This document shows, in pieces, positions 63,579-64,000 of a stretch of 64,000 nt of DNA. This DNA comes from a virus. How positions within the stretch are numbered: position 1 is the stretch's first letter; every line of letters starts with the position of its first letter. Where the stretch lies: IMG/VR virus record IMGVR_UViG_3300004481_000271, positions 44,942 to 108,941 of that record; one strand, 5' to 3'. The notes under the pieces were generated by a model, which was not told where the DNA came from, did no database searches, and saw nothing but the letters and a program-made list of their open reading frames with translations. Made by a program: the position numbers and the translations under genes.

Positions 63579-63931
63579 GACTCGGCCCTCCGCGGAGGGA
63601 AGACGACCCGCCCCTCCGGGAGGCTCGAGCTCGTCGCGGGGTTGTTCCATTGGGCGAGGGCGACGGCGGTGTCGAGGTGTAGCCCGACGACGGCGAGATC
63701 GTAGACCTTCCACCCGAGGGCCTCGCCACCGTCGACGAAGGGTCCGAGGTCGTAGGCGTCCGCCTTCACGATCCCGACGTCGTAACGGTCGAGCTCGCCG
63801 GCGACCTTCGCCTTGACGATCCGGTAGACCCCGGAGCCAAGGAGGACGACCTCGAGGGAGCCCCCGAGGCGGGCGACGGCGTCGAGGCGAGGCGGGAGCC
63901 GACGGAGGACCTCGTGAACGTCCGGCCGCAT
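63575..63931 (-). CDS. RLG-motif small protein
   Basis: RLPPRLDAVARLGG. Confidence 0.72.
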   Translation of the reverse strand: MRPDVHEVLRRLPPRLDAVARLGGSLEVVLLGSGVYRIVKAKVAGELDRYDVGIVKADAYDLGPFVDGGEALGWKVYDLAVVGLHLDTAVALAQWNNPATSSSLPEGRVVFPPRRAES

Positions 63932-64000
63932 GAGGGCGCCCCGGTGCGCCCCCTCATGCCCGACGAGGAGGAGACACGGCTCGCCCTTCCCGGCGAGCTC

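Larger units (their letters stand above)
1..64000 (-). mobile_element. Contractile-tailed (pro)phage genome segment; no host genes or att site seen
   Basis: Complete ordered head-neck-tail-baseplate module plus phage-type accessory ORFs, all co-oriented. Confidence 0.95.

Noticed and set aside
52862-63931. Diversity-generating retroelement or DNA-level repeat as the source of the RLG array
   Set aside because: No reverse transcriptase or TR/VR pair seen; motif codons vary synonymously
52862-63931. Ubiquitin-like LRGG conjugation system
   Set aside because: RLGG is mostly internal, the second Gly is not conserved, and no E1/E2/JAB or beta-grasp genes are visible in the window
1-64000. tRNA/rRNA genes and a peptidoglycan endolysin
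   Set aside because: None recognisable by eye; tRNAscan and HMM searches would be needed to exclude them

Overview
The whole 64 kb is one high-GC tailed (pro)phage segment with a contractile tail (myovirus type). Essentially all credible genes are on the minus strand, most coupled by ATGA/GTGA overlaps. Positions 1-40108 hold the morphogenesis module: TerL, PBSX-type portal, MuF, prohead protease, scaffold, major capsid, neck, sheath, gp19-like tube, chaperone, tape measure and baseplate, with baseplate J truncated at the window edge. It also carries inserted poly-gamma-glutamate hydrolase and matrixin-like genes. Positions 40.1-64 kb are an accessory/early region of about 50 small ORFs, a short serine recombinase, MazG-like and methyltransferase genes, a TerS-like gene and a repeat-rich non-coding gap. 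Two features stand out. (1) The prohead protease is the C-terminal domain of a ~1684-aa polyprotein that also carries a nucleotidyltransferase, two LigD-type 3'-phosphoesterase-like domains and an ATP-dependent DNA ligase, with Lys-containing candidate cleavage motifs at the domain borders. This suggests a virion-packaged DNA end-repair kit. (2) About 20 otherwise divergent small proteins share a short motif, L-P-x7-R-L-G, whose core also appears in the TerL linker and the portal. Three classes of repeated promoter or regulatory motif are also visible. All product calls come from motif recognition by eye; no database searches were run. Host is unknown; a Myxococcota-like host is only a guess from codon style and gene architecture.
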